Positions 1 to 14,889 of a DNA stretch of 64,000 nucleotides are shown piece by piece (the stretch's first letter is position 1; each line of letters begins with the position of its first letter). The notes under the pieces were generated by a model that did not search any database, had not been told where the DNA came from, and was given only the letters and a program-made list of their open reading frames with translations. The stretch is from a virus (Duplodnaviria; Caudoviricetes): positions 53,994-117,993 of IMG/VR virus record IMGVR_UViG_3300033463_000039; one strand, 5' to 3'. The position numbers and the translations under genes were made by a program.

Positions 1-3000
1 TCCATATTACATTTGCACTTCCATGATAAGAATTCCATCTTCCACTATAATATCCCATATCAAGATCAATTCTTAACATTTCTCCTACTTGCATACTAGA
101 ATAATCTACCGTTCTAACAAGTGGAGAACTTGTATCACTACTTCCAGAATGATTTAATATTACAGTTTCTTCAGTTGTAAAACCAACTGTAATTGAATTT
201 CCATTAACTCCTACTATTGTATATTGATATCTATTTTGACCTATTACAATTTCTCCTACTTTTGGAGTTGTATCAGGTCCAATTAATTGACTTCTTAAAT
301 ATATATTATTTGAAGGAGCAACGGTTGCTGCTCATACTGAAGCACCAGCTTCGCCATCAGAGCCTTCTAATTTAAACCATGTATAATCACCTGGGTTAAT
401 AGAATCTTCTTCTGTTGTATCTACATACGTTCCCATAAATTCACTAGGAGTTTTTGTCATTTGACTAAAACTTGAAGGATTTATTACATCTGAGTAATAA
501 TAGTGAAAATATGATGAATCTCCTGCTTCACCTTGAGTTCCTCTTAATCCTAAATTTATATTAAATTGTTGAACTTGCGTTCAAGTAACATTATTACTAT
601 CTGTATAACTAAATGTCGCAGTAATTAAATTTGTAATATTCTCTATTGCTTTTGTTGAATCTGCAGTTATTACCATATTTTTATTATTTACACTTCAATA
701 ATAACTTAAATTTGTTATTGATGAAGGACTAAATGTACAAGTAACACCTGTAACATCAACATTTTTAAATTTTGGATAACATTGAATTGTATATTGTTTA
801 TTTTCACTTGGATGATGATTTGTTTCTGAAGGTATTGTTATATTATTTGTAATTGGATTCATTTGTAAAAATGAAGTTGCATTATCCAAGTCTGTAATTT
901 CTTGTTGCACTGTTCTTTGTGAACCTGATGTCATATATAATTGAGTAGCAACAACTTTACCATTCTGATCAATAGAAAAGTTACCATTTCCTCAATCTAT
1001 ACTTGGCGCAGATAAGTTGATCTGCATACCAGTTCCCGCAGTAGTATCATAATTACCAGATGTTAAAATTGCTTGATTTGTACTTGGATCAATTACTATT
1101 TGTCCGGATCCAGTTTTTCCAAATCTAGCTGAACCATCACTAGCATCTAAAGCTATAGTTCTTTCTCCAGAACTATATCCAAATAAACCTGTTTCAATCT
1201 CTTGCCCAGTTTCTTCTATACTTCCTAAAAATACTCCTGTAAATGAATTGTCTTGTTCTTTTCTACCTGCTCCAACCTGAGGAGATAAAATTAAACCTTC
1301 ATCTTCATTTATTTGAATACTATTTCCATTTCAATCATTCATTAAAGCATTACTATATTTATTTAAATAAAGATGAATAGGAATTTGAATTGAACCCATA
1401 CTTGATACAGTACAAGTTATTCCATTATTTACACATAAACCATTAAATTCATCAACAGGCTTGTAATATTTTTGATTATTATTTAAAACTTGTCCATAAG
1501 TTTTTCTTAATTCTATATTAGACTCATCTTGTCAACCATTTATATATGTACTACCATAAATTTCCCATGTGTAAGTAGAAGTTCCGCTTACATCTGCAGT
1601 TCCATTTAAAGTAACTATTTCAAAAGGTTGATTATTATCATACTGAGGATATCTTCCATCAGTTGAATATATTGCATAGCGGAAGCCGCTATTTTTCTTT
1701 AGTTTTAATGTATAATTACTATTTGAAACTCTTGATACTATAACTGGCATTGTATCATAATAAGTCATACCATCATAAGTTACATTACATCTTACTATGT
1801 TTGCGGGGTCTGTATACTGTGTCCCGTCAAATGTTACAGCACCGGTTGCCGCATTTATATTTAAGTTAGAATCTTCTGTAATAACAACAGAAGATTGATT
1901 TTTTGTATATCTATTTTTTAATATACTCCAAGAAACATCTACATCTTTGAAATTTCCTTCATCATCTTGCTCAATATTAGAAACTCCTGAAGTAACATCT
2001 TCAAAAATTTTAATTCCATCATGTCATAATTGAACTTTAAACCATAAGTTTTGACTTACTGGAGTATAATTTAAGCTATAAGTTCCTGCGGCAGTATTAT
2101 AAGTTACCATTGGATAATCATTTAATTCTCCTGTCGCAATATTTGGAATTATTTTACAAATAAAATCTGTACCATTAGTTCCAGATTCACCTTCTTTTAT
2201 AAAAGATAAATTACTTTCTGCTTGATAAGAAACCCCTTCATAATCTATTTTTAATTTAATATTATTATCACTAGCATTTATATCATATTTTGTAGCAATC
2301 TCATACCCTAAAGAATAAATATTTGTATAAACATAATGTCCATCTTCTACTGTTGGAGTCCCATAAGAACTAGGTATAATTATCATAGTATCTGTCATAG
2401 GAACTATCCATTTAATTGCTGAGCCTGGAATTCCACTTTGAGGAATCTCCGCACCTAAATCATCATATAAAGTAAATGTTAATGGCAATAGAGTAATAGG
2501 ATTATCTAATGATTTATTATTTGGCGCAATTCCTTTTTCATTATATTTATAAACTTGAACTCCATTATTTATTACTAAATTATATTCTTGAGCCTTTTCT
2601 AATGAATTATATAATATAATAGAACCAGTTCCAATATAATTTCCGCTATACCAAACTGAACATTTATAAACTGTATAATTTATAATTTCATTTACTGCTA
2701 CATTTTCATAATTTTTACTTGTAGTATTTAAATCTTTAAAGCTTCCATAACAATCAATAGCAGCTCATGAATAAGTATAATTTGTATCAGTTTGAGAAGT
2801 TCCATTTATTAAACATGATAAATCTGTATTTCCTACATCAAAATAAAATTGAGTTCCATTACTTGATGCTATTGTTATATTATAACTAGAACTTAAATTA
2901 TATATAATAACTTCTTTTTCTAATATTGTATCATTATTATATACAGCTACACATTTATATTTATTTTCTTTTGCTAAATTATCTTGTTTAGCTACTGAAA

Positions 3001-4123
3001 TTTCATTTCCTGCACTATTTCATTCAATTAATAAATTATTTGGATCTGTTTGATCAATTATATTATATTCATTTAAACATTCCCAACCAGAACCACCTAA
3101 TTTATTATACTTTTCTGAATGAATTGTAATTCCTACATTTTCTTTAAACCAATAGTAAGAAAGATTAGCAAAATCATCACTTGCGGCCTTGCCTTTTACA
3201 CGAACTTGAGCTTGTATCTTCCTTATATCGGTTGCCGCACTTTGATTATCAAAATAAATTCCTTGAGGTGTTATTAATGATAATCCACAACTTGTTAATT
3301 CTTCTTCTGGAATTAAATCTGCAGAATAAATTTGAACATTTTTTACAAATATATCATCTTCTTTTCCTGTTGCTGTGTGAGGAAAATTATTTGAAAAAAT
3401 TTGTATTTGATCTATAGATTGAAATTTTAATCCATCTATTTCATAAGCACTAATTTGTTTAGTAAAATTTACTAAATTATATGGATTTCCGTTCATATTA
3501 TCAATATCAATAATAAAGTCCCTTTCTACAGGCTCTCCTGCCTCATCTGCATATGTAGTTTTAAAAGAAATCCCATAATTTCCTCTAAATTTTTGTTCTA
3601 AAGGTAAATTAGTTTTAAAATAAGCACCTAATAATAATGCAGTACCATTTTTAATATATAATTCTGCGGCATCCGCATTATAATCTATTAAATTTATATT
3701 ATTATCAGCATCATATAAAATTACCGAGTCTCCACCCGATTGATAAGAGCATAATCCAAAGACATCTTCAGATTGAGCTATATTATTACCTATTATATTA
3801 TATCTATTTTCTACAGAAATATTATTAATATAATCTGTTCCTAAGCTGTCAACAGTACCAATGATAGTTTTATTACTTGCCATATTATTGCCTGGAACAA
3901 GAACATAAACTAAACTGCCAACAGAATAAGTAACATCTGTTGAAGTAGAATAAGCATAAAAAGCACTATCTTGAAATTTTACCTTATACTTGCCAATTGC
4001 GGCATCTTGTACTTTTAAAATAGTACATTGAATAGTTTTATCGTAGTCAGCATTTTGAACCGCATGATCAACAAGGCTTTGGATTGTGTCAAGAATTTGT
4101 TTCTCATAATTTGTTGCACTCAT
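1..4123 (-). CDS. Giant tail/host-specificity protein, >1370 aa, runs off window start (code 4)
   Basis: Track ORFs 3020-4123, 2024-2488, 1532-1768 and 695-934 share one frame and each ends at TGA; reading TGA=Trp gives one ORF directly after the tape measure, with tail-fibre-like GTYVD..DS..P.DYTW motif. Confidence 0.8.
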
Positions 4124-4245
4124 TCTTTTCTCTCCTTTTTTCTCCTATTTTTTAATTCTATATAAATTTTAATTTTCATTTATATTTATTAATCTAAATT
4201 AACCAAAATAAAAAAGGAAGATACCTGAAGTATCTTCCTTAAATT

Positions 4246-7200
4246 TTATTTCTTTCCTATATATTGAGATGCGGCATTTGTTAAATTATTTAATGCTGTT
4301 TCTATTTCAATAGCACTCTTAACATTAGGGAAATTAGCTGTAATATGAACATCTTGTTCTAATACTGAACCATTTCCACTTCCATTTGCCACATAACCGC
4401 CTGAAGTTGCACCTGAAAGGCGCTCAAGGGTAGTTTGACCAACTGCCGCAGTTATATTTCTCATAATTGCAACAGTATCAAGTAAATTTCTAGTATCTTT
4501 TGCATTTAATACTAATTCTTTTTCATGTAAGAAAGCAGCTTTTGCATCTCTACTATTCCAAGTTCCTGTATAACCACCAGTATCTAGATATACAACTTCT
4601 CCTGGATAAATATAGTTAGCATTTCTCCCTCTTAAATGATCTTTATTATGTTGCCAAATTTCAGTATATAAACTTGCTTTTCCATAAAATCTTCTTGCAA
4701 TTCCCGATAAAGTGTCTCCAGAAACTACTGTATAAGCCTGTCCACCTAATCTATATCCTGCCCTTGGATTTGAATTAGTTTGTGCGGGCGCTGCTGTAGT
4801 TGTTTGTGCTGGTTTAGTTTCTGGTAAAGGAGTAGCAACTGTTTCTTTAGCTGCGGTCTTGCCTTTTTCAGCTTCAGCCGCGGCTTTTGCAGCTTCCTCT
4901 TTTTGTTTAGCTAAATAATCATGAGCATCTCTTGCTGCTTGTAATTCATCTTTATACGCGTTTGCTAGATCATTAACCCCTGCCGCAAGATCTTGTACAG
5001 CTTCTAATTCAGCTTTATAGCTTTCTATTACTCCATCATTACTCATTGTTAATGCTTGGTTAACTTCAATAATTTGATCCTCACCATTTAAAACATCTCC
5101 AACAGTTTCATTTATATCTGCTTGGATATTTTGTATAGCTTGATCATATTCTTCTGCTGCATCTTGAATATTATCAAAAGCATCTATTGTAGTAGGTTCA
5201 AATCCACCTTCATCTTTTATTGCGCTAATCATTTGTTGAATTCCATCATCTCATTGAGGAATTAATCCATTTAGAATTACATCTTGCTCTTCTTGAGTCA
5301 TATTCATATAAGTATCATATTCTTCTTGTTTTAAATTAGCTAAATCCATAAAAGCAGATTCTCTTAAGTCTGTTCTTATTTTTTCATTTTGTTCTACAAT
5401 ACCATTAATTATTTCACCATATTCTTGTTGAATTAAAGCTTCCTTTTGAGCTCTTAATTCTGGGTCATTGATTTGTGCAGCTTCCGCCATTGCTTCTTGA
5501 TAATCATTCCATGTATCATAAGCCTCATTTAAATTATCTATATATCTTTCTTTATCAAAATTATATAGAGAATTATATGCTTCTCTTAATTTATTTTGTG
5601 CATCATTAACAGCTTCATCATCTGCAACATATTGATATCTATAATTACCTTGAGTATCTCTTCTTAATCTTAATGTATTCTTTTGTGCTTGTGCTTCTTC
5701 AAGAGCTACTTGAGCTACTGTTAATTCATATCTCTTTTGCGCTCTCTCAATATCTTTTTCACTTAATTTATCGGCATTTTTTAATGCATCTAGTTGTTCT
5801 TGCATCGCCGCATTAAGTTTCTTTTGTGCAGACAAATTATCTGTATTATTTATTGCATCTTGATATTTATCTGCTAAATCCGCAATTCCTTGTAATCTAT
5901 TTATTTCATCTAAGAATTGTTCTGTTCTTTCTCCAACAATATCAAATTCATCACTTATATATTGTAAGCCTTTATTATTAGTTAAATTATCATTTAAATT
6001 CTTAAATATTTCATTTATAGTATTTGCTAATTTATCTTGTAAATTCTCAACAGCATCTTCAACAAGATCATTTCAATCTGCTACGGCATCCGCTCATTTC
6101 TCTCTGGCCGCCTCAAACTGTTCTGAACCTTGCTCAACTGCATCCATTTGATTTTTCCAATACTCAACTTGTTGTCTTTGGAAATCTAATTGTTTATTAT
6201 AATTATCTTGTTGAGCATTATAATAATTAGTTAATTGAGTATAAGCTTCATCTCCAAGAGTGAGTTGAATTAAAGTCATATCATGTTCAATTAAATCTGA
6301 AATTGCTTCATAAGTATCAACTTGATCATCTATTTTATCTTGAACTGCGTCCATTTGATCTAGAACATCTTCTTGAAGTTCATCTTGTATTTCTACAATT
6401 TCTTCTAAAGCATCTTTTAATTTATCAAAATAATCTTCTAAATCTTCTAATGATTGACTTCTTTCTCTACCATAAACATTATCTAAACCTTTATCAAAAG
6501 CTCTTAATTCATCTAAAGTTTCTTGAACATGTTTACCTAAAGCTTGGACCTCGCCAGTATCTAAATCATTTAAATAAGTTTTTAAATCTTCAATTCTAGC
6601 TTTTGCATTACCTAAAATGTCATCATCATCTATTTGATCGATAACTTTTTTCTTAAACTCATTTCAATCTCTTTCGGCTTCCGCAATATCTAGACGAAGA
6701 TCAACTTCCATTTTAAATTTTTCAATATTCTTTTCAGTAATTTTATCTATTGCTTCTTGAATTTGATCTTGTAAATCTGGAATTTCATCTGTAACTAATT
6801 CATCATATCTTTCTAAATTCTTTTTAAATTCATCAAAATTCTTTTTAGCTTGTTCTACAGTTTCTTTATAAGACTCTTGAGCGTCTGCGCCAAGAGAATT
6901 ATAATGATTAATAATACCATTTACATAGTTTTCTTGAGCTTGAAGCGCGGCCGCATAATTTCCAATAGTTCCATCAGAATTGAATCTAACTCCAGAACCA
7001 GCAAGTTTTCCTTGAAGTTCTTTCATCTCATCTGCGGCAATACCTAATTTTTGTTGAGTAACTGTAATTTGATTATTTAAAGCTTCAATTTGCTTATTAT
7101 AATTTTTTACAAGGTCTCCGCCAAATGCTTTATCTTCAGCATCTTCTAACCTATCTAATGTTGTTTCTATCTGTTCAAGTTTAACATTAACATCATGGTA

Positions 7201-10200
7201 TCTATCAATTTCTTCTTTAAGCGGATCCATTGTATCGGCTTTTTTAGAGGAACCTCCTCCTTTACCGCCGCCTCCGCCTTTCTTTCCACTAGAGCTTCCG
7301 CCACCTTTATTTTTTGATGAATAATTATTTGCTGACCCTGAAGCTTTTTTAGTTAAAGATTGAATTTTTGGAGCAGATCCATCTGTAGTCATAGCCATAA
7401 CTTCTACATAATCAGTATATTCATAAGCTTCTCCTGGGTAAGTTCTAGTACTCATCTTTGAAGGGTATGTATATTCTCCTTGCCCATCTGGAGTCGTTGC
7501 CTTTGCTACAGAATCTACTGTAGTTTCAGTAATCGTTGCATGACCTTTCTTTTTTATTTCTTTTTCTTCTGTCGCAAATTGAGCTTCAAATCCCATAGAT
7601 TCAAAGAAAGCATTTGCTTGATCTGCTGTCATATGAGCTGTGCTAATAATTCTTTGACATTCTTCTAAGAAAGCTGCTTCATTTTGACTCATTCCATCTA
7701 AATTTAATTCTGTTCCTACAACAATATCCGGAATTTGATTTTGAATGTTATTTAAACTAGATTGAAGAGTAGCAATTTCTTCTCCAGAAAGTTCATTATC
7801 TACTATTATTTTTGCTACAATAGCATCTGTTGTGGCAACTCTTAATTTATCAATAGCTTCTGCACTGCCATTTGCAGCCTTTTCAATTAAATCTGCATTT
7901 TTAACAAAGAAATCTCCGTCTAAATATTTTTCTGTATCTTCAGATAAATCAAGAACATCTCCAATAGCATCTCTAATACCTTTTAAAGCATCAAAATATT
8001 CTTCACTTTCTTTTCCAGAATCTTTTAAAACATCTATTCAATCTTCTTGACTTTTTGCTAATTTTTCAAGACCATTGTTCATTCGCATAATAGACTGAGC
8101 AACGATAACTCCTGCATCAGCATTATGTTCCATCTCATCAGACAGATCATTTATTCCATCCTGTGCATCTTCTGCTCCATTAGAAATAGACATTAAATAT
8201 TCAGCATAATCTGCTAATTCTTCTTTATCTAAGCCTTTCTCTTTTATCTGTTCGTCTTGTCCAGCCAACACTTGTTCAACAGCTTTGGCAGGATCTCATT
8301 GATAATTTTCCTCAGAAAAGCCAGCTTTAAAATTCTCTGTAAATTGTTGTCCACTTTCAAAACCTAATTTTTGGACATCTTCCTCAGAATACCCAAACAT
8401 ATCAAGTATCTCTTGATTTGACTTACCTCTAATTTTTTCAGCTTCTTCTGGAGATATGCTTCCAAAATATTGAGAAAAATCAAAAGTTTTATCTGAATCT
8501 GCCATAGCATTGGCTACCGCAAGAGTAAAATTAGCTCCATATTCTTTTCCAGCTTCAGATCCTGCCATTGAAGCTTTTTGTAATAATTTAATGACTTGAT
8601 CAGTTCCTTCTTCTACTTCTTCTTGAGCTTTTTGCTGAGAAGCTTTTGATGAAGCTTCATTATAAACTGCCGCACGCATTTTTCCTCTTGCTTCATTAGA
8701 AGAAAAATCTAATACAGTTTCTCCTGTATCATCAACATATTTTTTTCCTTTTTTAGTTGCTTTAGAGATATCTACTCCTGTTAATTGAGCATATGCTTTA
8801 GCTAAGTCTTCATCTGTTTTTAATTCTGATGTTCCAATTAAATTTTCTAAGTCCTTATCAGAAATTCCTTGTGCTTTTTTTAAATCATTAGTTAATTTTT
8901 TATTTAAATTTCCAGTTTGTTCTCACATTCCTACTGGATTTACTATCATTCCTAATGCTTTTCCTAAACCTTGCTCTACTTCATGACTTCAGGCTTCTTG
9001 TGAAGATGCAACATCTCCTCCTAAATTAACTGTCCTTCCTTGATTTTTTAAATCTTGCGCTTGTTGTATTTTTGTCGCTTGCTGTTGAGGAGCCGATTGA
9101 CCAAGGGCAGCTAATAATTGAGTATATATAGCTTCATCAAATTCTCCTTTTTCATTATAGGACATAGAAGCTAATCTTTCTCCATACTTTCCAGCTAAAT
9201 AAGTTTTATTTATAGATTCATAATATTGAAGATTTGCATTTTTTACTTTCTCCGTTGCTTCTGCTAATTTAAAAAACTCTTCTTTATTTTTGTCAATTTC
9301 TTCACTTAAGAAATTTAATCCTCATGCATTTCCATCTAATGCACTAACCCATTCTGACATTGATGCTGAGCCATTTTTTAATTGTAAATAAAAATCTTCA
9401 TTTTCTGCTTTTAATTGAACTAAACCATTAGTAACTTGATCTACTGTTCCTCCATAAATAGGATTTGAAAAAGAAGTTAATCCATTTTTATATGACTCTC
9501 AAAAAATTGATCTTTTAGAATCTGTTTGCTGAGATTTTAATTCAGCATTATTAGCTAAAATTTTTCCGCTATACATTCTTGACTCTGCTTTTGCTGCTTT
9601 TTCTTGTGCTTGTGTTTGAATATCATATCATGCATCTTCATCAAAAGTTAAAACACCATTTTTATAAGAAGATTTATCATATAAATCATATTCATCTCTT
9701 ATTTGTTTAGCTTTTTCATTAACTTCATTTAAAGCTTCTGCATATTCTTTAGTGCCTTTTTTTAATTCACTTAATTGTTTTACAGCACCACTATAGTCAC
9801 TCAATGTATTTTTTAACTCTTCAGCTTTTTGCTTTGCTTCATTATAAGCTTCAGTTAATTCTTGAGCTTTTTCTGCGGCCTCTGCAGCAGCAGTCGCATC
9901 TTGATGAAATCAGTCAGATAATCCTTTACATGAAGCAACTAATCCTCCAATAGCAACCACTAATAAACCTATATAAAGTAATAAAGGACCTCATGCAGCT
10001 ATTCCCGCAGTTCCTGCTTTTACCGCTTCTGCTTCAACAAGTCCTAACTTAGCAGATAAAATTGGTAGCTGTGTAGCAATACCTTTAATACTACTACCAA
10101 ACATTGTGAAAATACTAATAAGAGAAGTCATTGTTTGCAACAATTTTTCTCCACCAGATAAAGTTTCATTATCCCAAATATCTTTTATTTTTGGAACCAT

Positions 10201-12564
10201 TGATATTGCAGTTGCTAATTGTCCAAAAGAACCTGCCAAGCTAACAATAGATTGAGTTAAACTTACTTTTTCTAATTGTTTATTAATTTCTTCTATATGA
10301 TCTTTTCAAATTTGTGCACGAAGATCTAATTTTTGACCTTCTCCTTGAATTTGTTTGTCTATATTTTCTTCGCTTTGCTTACTAATTTGTATTTCTTCTT
10401 CTAAAACTTTTCTACCTTTTGCTATTGCATCATCAAATTTAGTCTGTTGTTTAGGATTAATAATATCTTGCTTAGAAAATTCTTTAAGAGTAGCTTTAAC
10501 CTCATTTATTGATTTCCTAGCCTCATTGCTTGTTGGAATTATTTTATATAATTCTTTTCTAAGATTTTCTAAAAAAGGTTTAAAATTACCTTCATCCTGA
10601 TCTAACTCAGGGACTTCATCAAATAATCTTAAAGTTTCTTGAAGTTTCTTTTGCTCATCTTGAATTTTTTGAATTACAAAATTTCCTTCACTATCTGGAT
10701 TTAATTCTGCTATAGAAACTTTTGATTTTCCTTGAGTAATAGTATCATAATATTTTTGTGCTTGAGCTATTTTTTCATCTCAAATAGCTTTTTCGTTTTG
10801 TGCATTTGTAGCTTCTTGAATTGCATTTCCATATTCTTTTCTTTGTCCTGCATCTAACAAAGTATAATAATCACTATAACTTTGTGTTCATCCGTTTATT
10901 AATTTTTGTACTTCATTATTATTTCCTATTTGAGCAAATTGATCTGCAATAGCTTGAGCAAAATGCTGATTTTGTGCATCATTAAAAACTGCTTTTATAT
11001 TATGAGAAAATATTGTTAAACCTCTTGCTATTTGAGTACTAAATATTTTTATTGCAGTAGTTCCAAGTAAATTTAAAACCCCAATTCCTCCACCAATAGA
11101 TTCAGTAAATTGAGCTAATAATTTTACAACTAAAGTTAATCCGTCTGTAACTCCAGTAATTGCATCTTTATTAATCATTGCATTATATAAACGTTCTCAT
11201 GCATTATTTAATTGATTAATATGAGCTTGAGTACTTTCCATATAAATATCTTGTTGATGTTGTAAAGTTCCTAAAGAATTCTTACTTATCTCTAATGTAT
11301 CTATATACATGTCTCAATTGTCAAATAAAGACATTAATCTTGAGTATTGTCTAGTACCAGCAACTGTTTGTGCTAATGCAACTTGTTGCTCTCTTGACAT
11401 AGAAGATCATTTGCCACCAATCTCTTCTATTACTTCTCCCATATCTTTTAATTTTCCATTAACATCAAGAACATTAAAACCCATATCTGCCATATCAGCA
11501 GTATATTTACCAAGAGAAGTCTCTCCATCTAATCCTGCTTCAATATCACTCATACGAGCATAAATAGTTTTTAATGAAGTTCCTATTGATTCTGGCGCTT
11601 CTCTAGTAACAGAAACAATAGTAGCTAACTGAGCATTTAATTGATCAACATCTACACCCATAATATTTGCAGCAGATGCTACTTTTGACATACCAACACT
11701 TAATTCTTCAAGATCTGCGGCGGTTGCTGCAGCTGTAGCCGCTAATTTATCTACATAATGTTCTGTTTCTGCTGCACTTACTTTATAACCATTTCAAACA
11801 GCTGTTAATTGCTCAGAAACTTCTCTAGTTGACTGCCCTGTAACATTAGCTGCTTTTAAGGTAGTTTCAGTTCTTGCTGCAGTTTCCTCATCATTTAAAC
11901 CTTGTTGGTAATAAATCAAAGAAGCTTCTGTATAATCTCTAGTTGATTTACCTAAACCTTGAGCCGCTTTATTTGCCTGTAAAGCAAATTTATTCATGCT
12001 TTCAGCAGATTTATCAGTGACAATTCTAATATCATTTAAAGAGCTGTCTAATTTCACTGTATAGTCATAAGCTTTTTGAATTGAGTTAACTAAATTATTA
12101 AAAATACTTGAAGAAATACCATATCTAACAGTATTTTTAAAAGTTGTTCCCATTTTATCTAATAATTCATTTGATTGCCTTAGAGCTGCATTCTGAGTAA
12201 TAATAGATGTTTGAATCTGTCTAAAAGAATTTGCTCCAGTAGCTCCAATTGCATTAAAATCTTTTTGTATTCTCTTTAAATCTAATTTATTTAATTCTTG
12301 ATTTAAAGCTCTTAAATTAAAAGTTCCTAAATTAGAATTAAAAGTTCTATCTAATACACTTTGTAATTGATTAACATCAGATTTTAAATTACCATAAGCT
12401 TGTCTAACTTTTTCTATGTCAGCAGTATCCATTTTGACTTTTAATGCATTAAAACTTGTATTTTGTATTTTATTTAATTCTGCTTGTAATTGAGTTAATG
12501 CGCTTTTATCTAAATTAAAACGAATACCATATTCAATTTGTCTTCCATAATCAAATTTTGCCAT
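4246..12564 (-). CDS. Tail tape measure protein (~2772 aa) with C-terminal LysM domain (code 4)
   Basis: Ten track ORFs from 11794-12618 to 4246-5232 are in one frame, separated by TGA; TP901-type TMP motifs (IGTSLKTIYARM), coiled coil, LysM YTVVSGDTLSGIARRFYG...IYPGEVV; ATG 12564 has an RBS. Confidence 0.9.
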
Positions 12565-12668
12565 AATCCTTTTTTCTCCTTTTCTCTTTCTTCCAAAAAG
12601 AAAAAACCTTTTTATCACAAATATGTGATAAAAAGGCTAATAAAATTAATTTAATATACCCAATTAAA

Positions 12669-13229
12669 TTACTTCTCTACAGTTGTATTTTCTGGAAGAA
12701 TAGGTCTTCCTCCATTTGCGGCAGTTGCAAAATCAACAACTGCTTGATATTTCTTAGGATCAAAATTTTCTACTATTTTTTGTGCGGCTTCCGCATTTCT
12801 AGGCAAATCTGTAATTAATTGATTTACTATGGCTGCCGCAGTAGTATTATATTTTAATTCATCTTCAACTCTTTGATTTAATAAATTTAATAAAGATTCA
12901 TATTCTTGAGTATTCATATTTAATAAAACTTCATTTATTAAACCATTACTCATTAAGCAATCATATAATTTATATTCATCTTCTCTTTGTTTATCTGTAA
13001 AAGTTAAATTTGTATATAAATACATTAAATGTAAATGAAAATAAGCATCAATTTTAATAGGACTATATAATCTATCTTCTTTTGCTTTTTGACAAGTAAT
13101 ATCTATTAAATCAATCTTATCTTGTAAAGGCAAATATTGTTTAACTTCAATTTTATTTCCATTAAAATTAAATTCTTTAATATCTTCCTTTGTTTTTAAT
13201 TTTAAATTTGCATAACTTATTTTTGCCAT
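12669..13229 (-). CDS. Hypothetical protein, possible tail assembly chaperone
   Basis: Intact ORF with GGAGG RBS, immediately upstream of tape measure. Confidence 0.6.
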   Translation of the reverse strand: MAKISYANLKLKTKEDIKEFNFNGNKIEVKQYLPLQDKIDLIDITCQKAKEDRLYSPIKIDAYFHLHLMYLYTNLTFTDKQREDEYKLYDCLMSNGLINEVLLNMNTQEYESLLNLLNQRVEDELKYNTTAAAIVNQLITDLPRNAEAAQKIVENFDPKKYQAVVDFATAANGGRPILPENTTVEK

Positions 13230-13406
13230 TTAAAATCCTCCTTTTTTCTCCTTATATTATATATTGATTTTTTAAAAAAATCAATTAACTGATAAAGTAA
13301 CTTTTAAATAAAATAATAAAAGTTAATTGGTTAATCCCTTAAAAATAAATTCAATTAAGTTTATAAACATTATTTTATTTTTTCGTTCTTTTTCTTTATC
13401 AGTTAA

Positions 13407-14807
13407 TTAAAATTGTAAACTATTTATATCAAAAGCAATAGACACATTTAACTTATGAATTTGACTAATAATATTTTCGATACGAATATCTGCTCCATTT
13501 GCTCCTTCAACTTTTTCATTTTTTATTTTAGGAGCAGTAATATTGCTTTCATGAGAAATTTTAAAACTTTTATTTCTTAATAAATCATTATCTAAAATTT
13601 TTTGTGTATCTATAACTTTAACTTTTCCCATCTTACTGTCCATTAATACAAAAACATTTGCATTTTCATTATTTGTTTTTAATGGATTTCCGCTAGAAAA
13701 AGCATCATATAAAAGTTCAAAACGAACAGCATTATCTATTTCTTCTTGAGAAACATTAACTCCATGAATAGGTTGAATATTTGCCGCATGAATATTTATT
13801 CAATGATTCGCATACCCACTATTTATCATTGCTAATAATGCATATAACAAACTTTGTGTTTGTAAATGAACTCCTCATTTATTAACACCTTCCCAATTTA
13901 AATTATAATTTTTTACAGAAGCTAATACAGATTCTCCTTTTATATTTATTTTTACATCGACTTTATTTTGAGAACTACCAAAAGTCAAAGTTGAACCATC
14001 ATCTAAAACATGTGAAAAAGAAGATACTTGATTTGTATCTAATCCAGCTAATGCTGACTTAGAAATTGAAATCTTAGCTCTCTGATTTCCTTGAATAGCT
14101 CCTTTTATCGCTTCTAAAGCTTCTTTTTCACTTAAAGCATTTATATTATCATTACAAGCTGCGACTATTGCTTCTCCAAAAAAGCCTCTAATTGCACTTT
14201 GAGTTGTATTAAAACTATTATTAATAGATTTTGCTTGCACTTTTTGGAGAACAGATTGTATATTTTTTGTTGAAATATCTTCTGGAGTAACAGTTATTGT
14301 TGAGTTTGTAATTTTATTATATAAAGTAATTAATTTTTCTGTTCATTTTTCAAAAGTATCTTTTCGCATAGTTGAGTTAGTCTTAAATTTTTCTAAAAGT
14401 TCTTTAAATTCTTTCACATCTGCTCGTAAACTTTTTAATTCTGCGGTTGTATTAGTAACACCTGAAAAAGTTCCTTTTGAAAACTGTGCAACATTTCCTT
14501 CTGAAAATTTATTTAATGCCTCTGTTGAAGTAACTTCTTCTAATAAAGTATAAATATAATCTATTCTTTTTTGAATTTCTGTATTAACTATTTGCCCATC
14601 TGCATTTTCTTGTATATCAGAATTTTCTTTTAATCTCATCTCTAATTGAGATATTATAGATGGAGAAATTTCTTGAATAGTTCCTAATCTTTGTTTTTTA
14701 TACTGTTCAAAAGGAGTCACACTAAAATTACTTCCACTCTTTTTATTTACACCATGTTTTATATAATTAATAGTCATAAAATGTACATAATTTCCTATAG
14801 CTCCCAT
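13407..14807 (-). CDS. Hypothetical protein, ~466 aa (code 4)
   Basis: Three track ORFs (14343-14807, 13875-14240, 13407-13643) in one frame joined through TGA codons. Confidence 0.75.
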
Positions 14808-14889
14808 AAAATATCTCCTTTATATATTAAAAAAAAGGAGGATTTTACTCCTCCTTAAAAATACCTACTTTATAAGAAGGTACTATAAA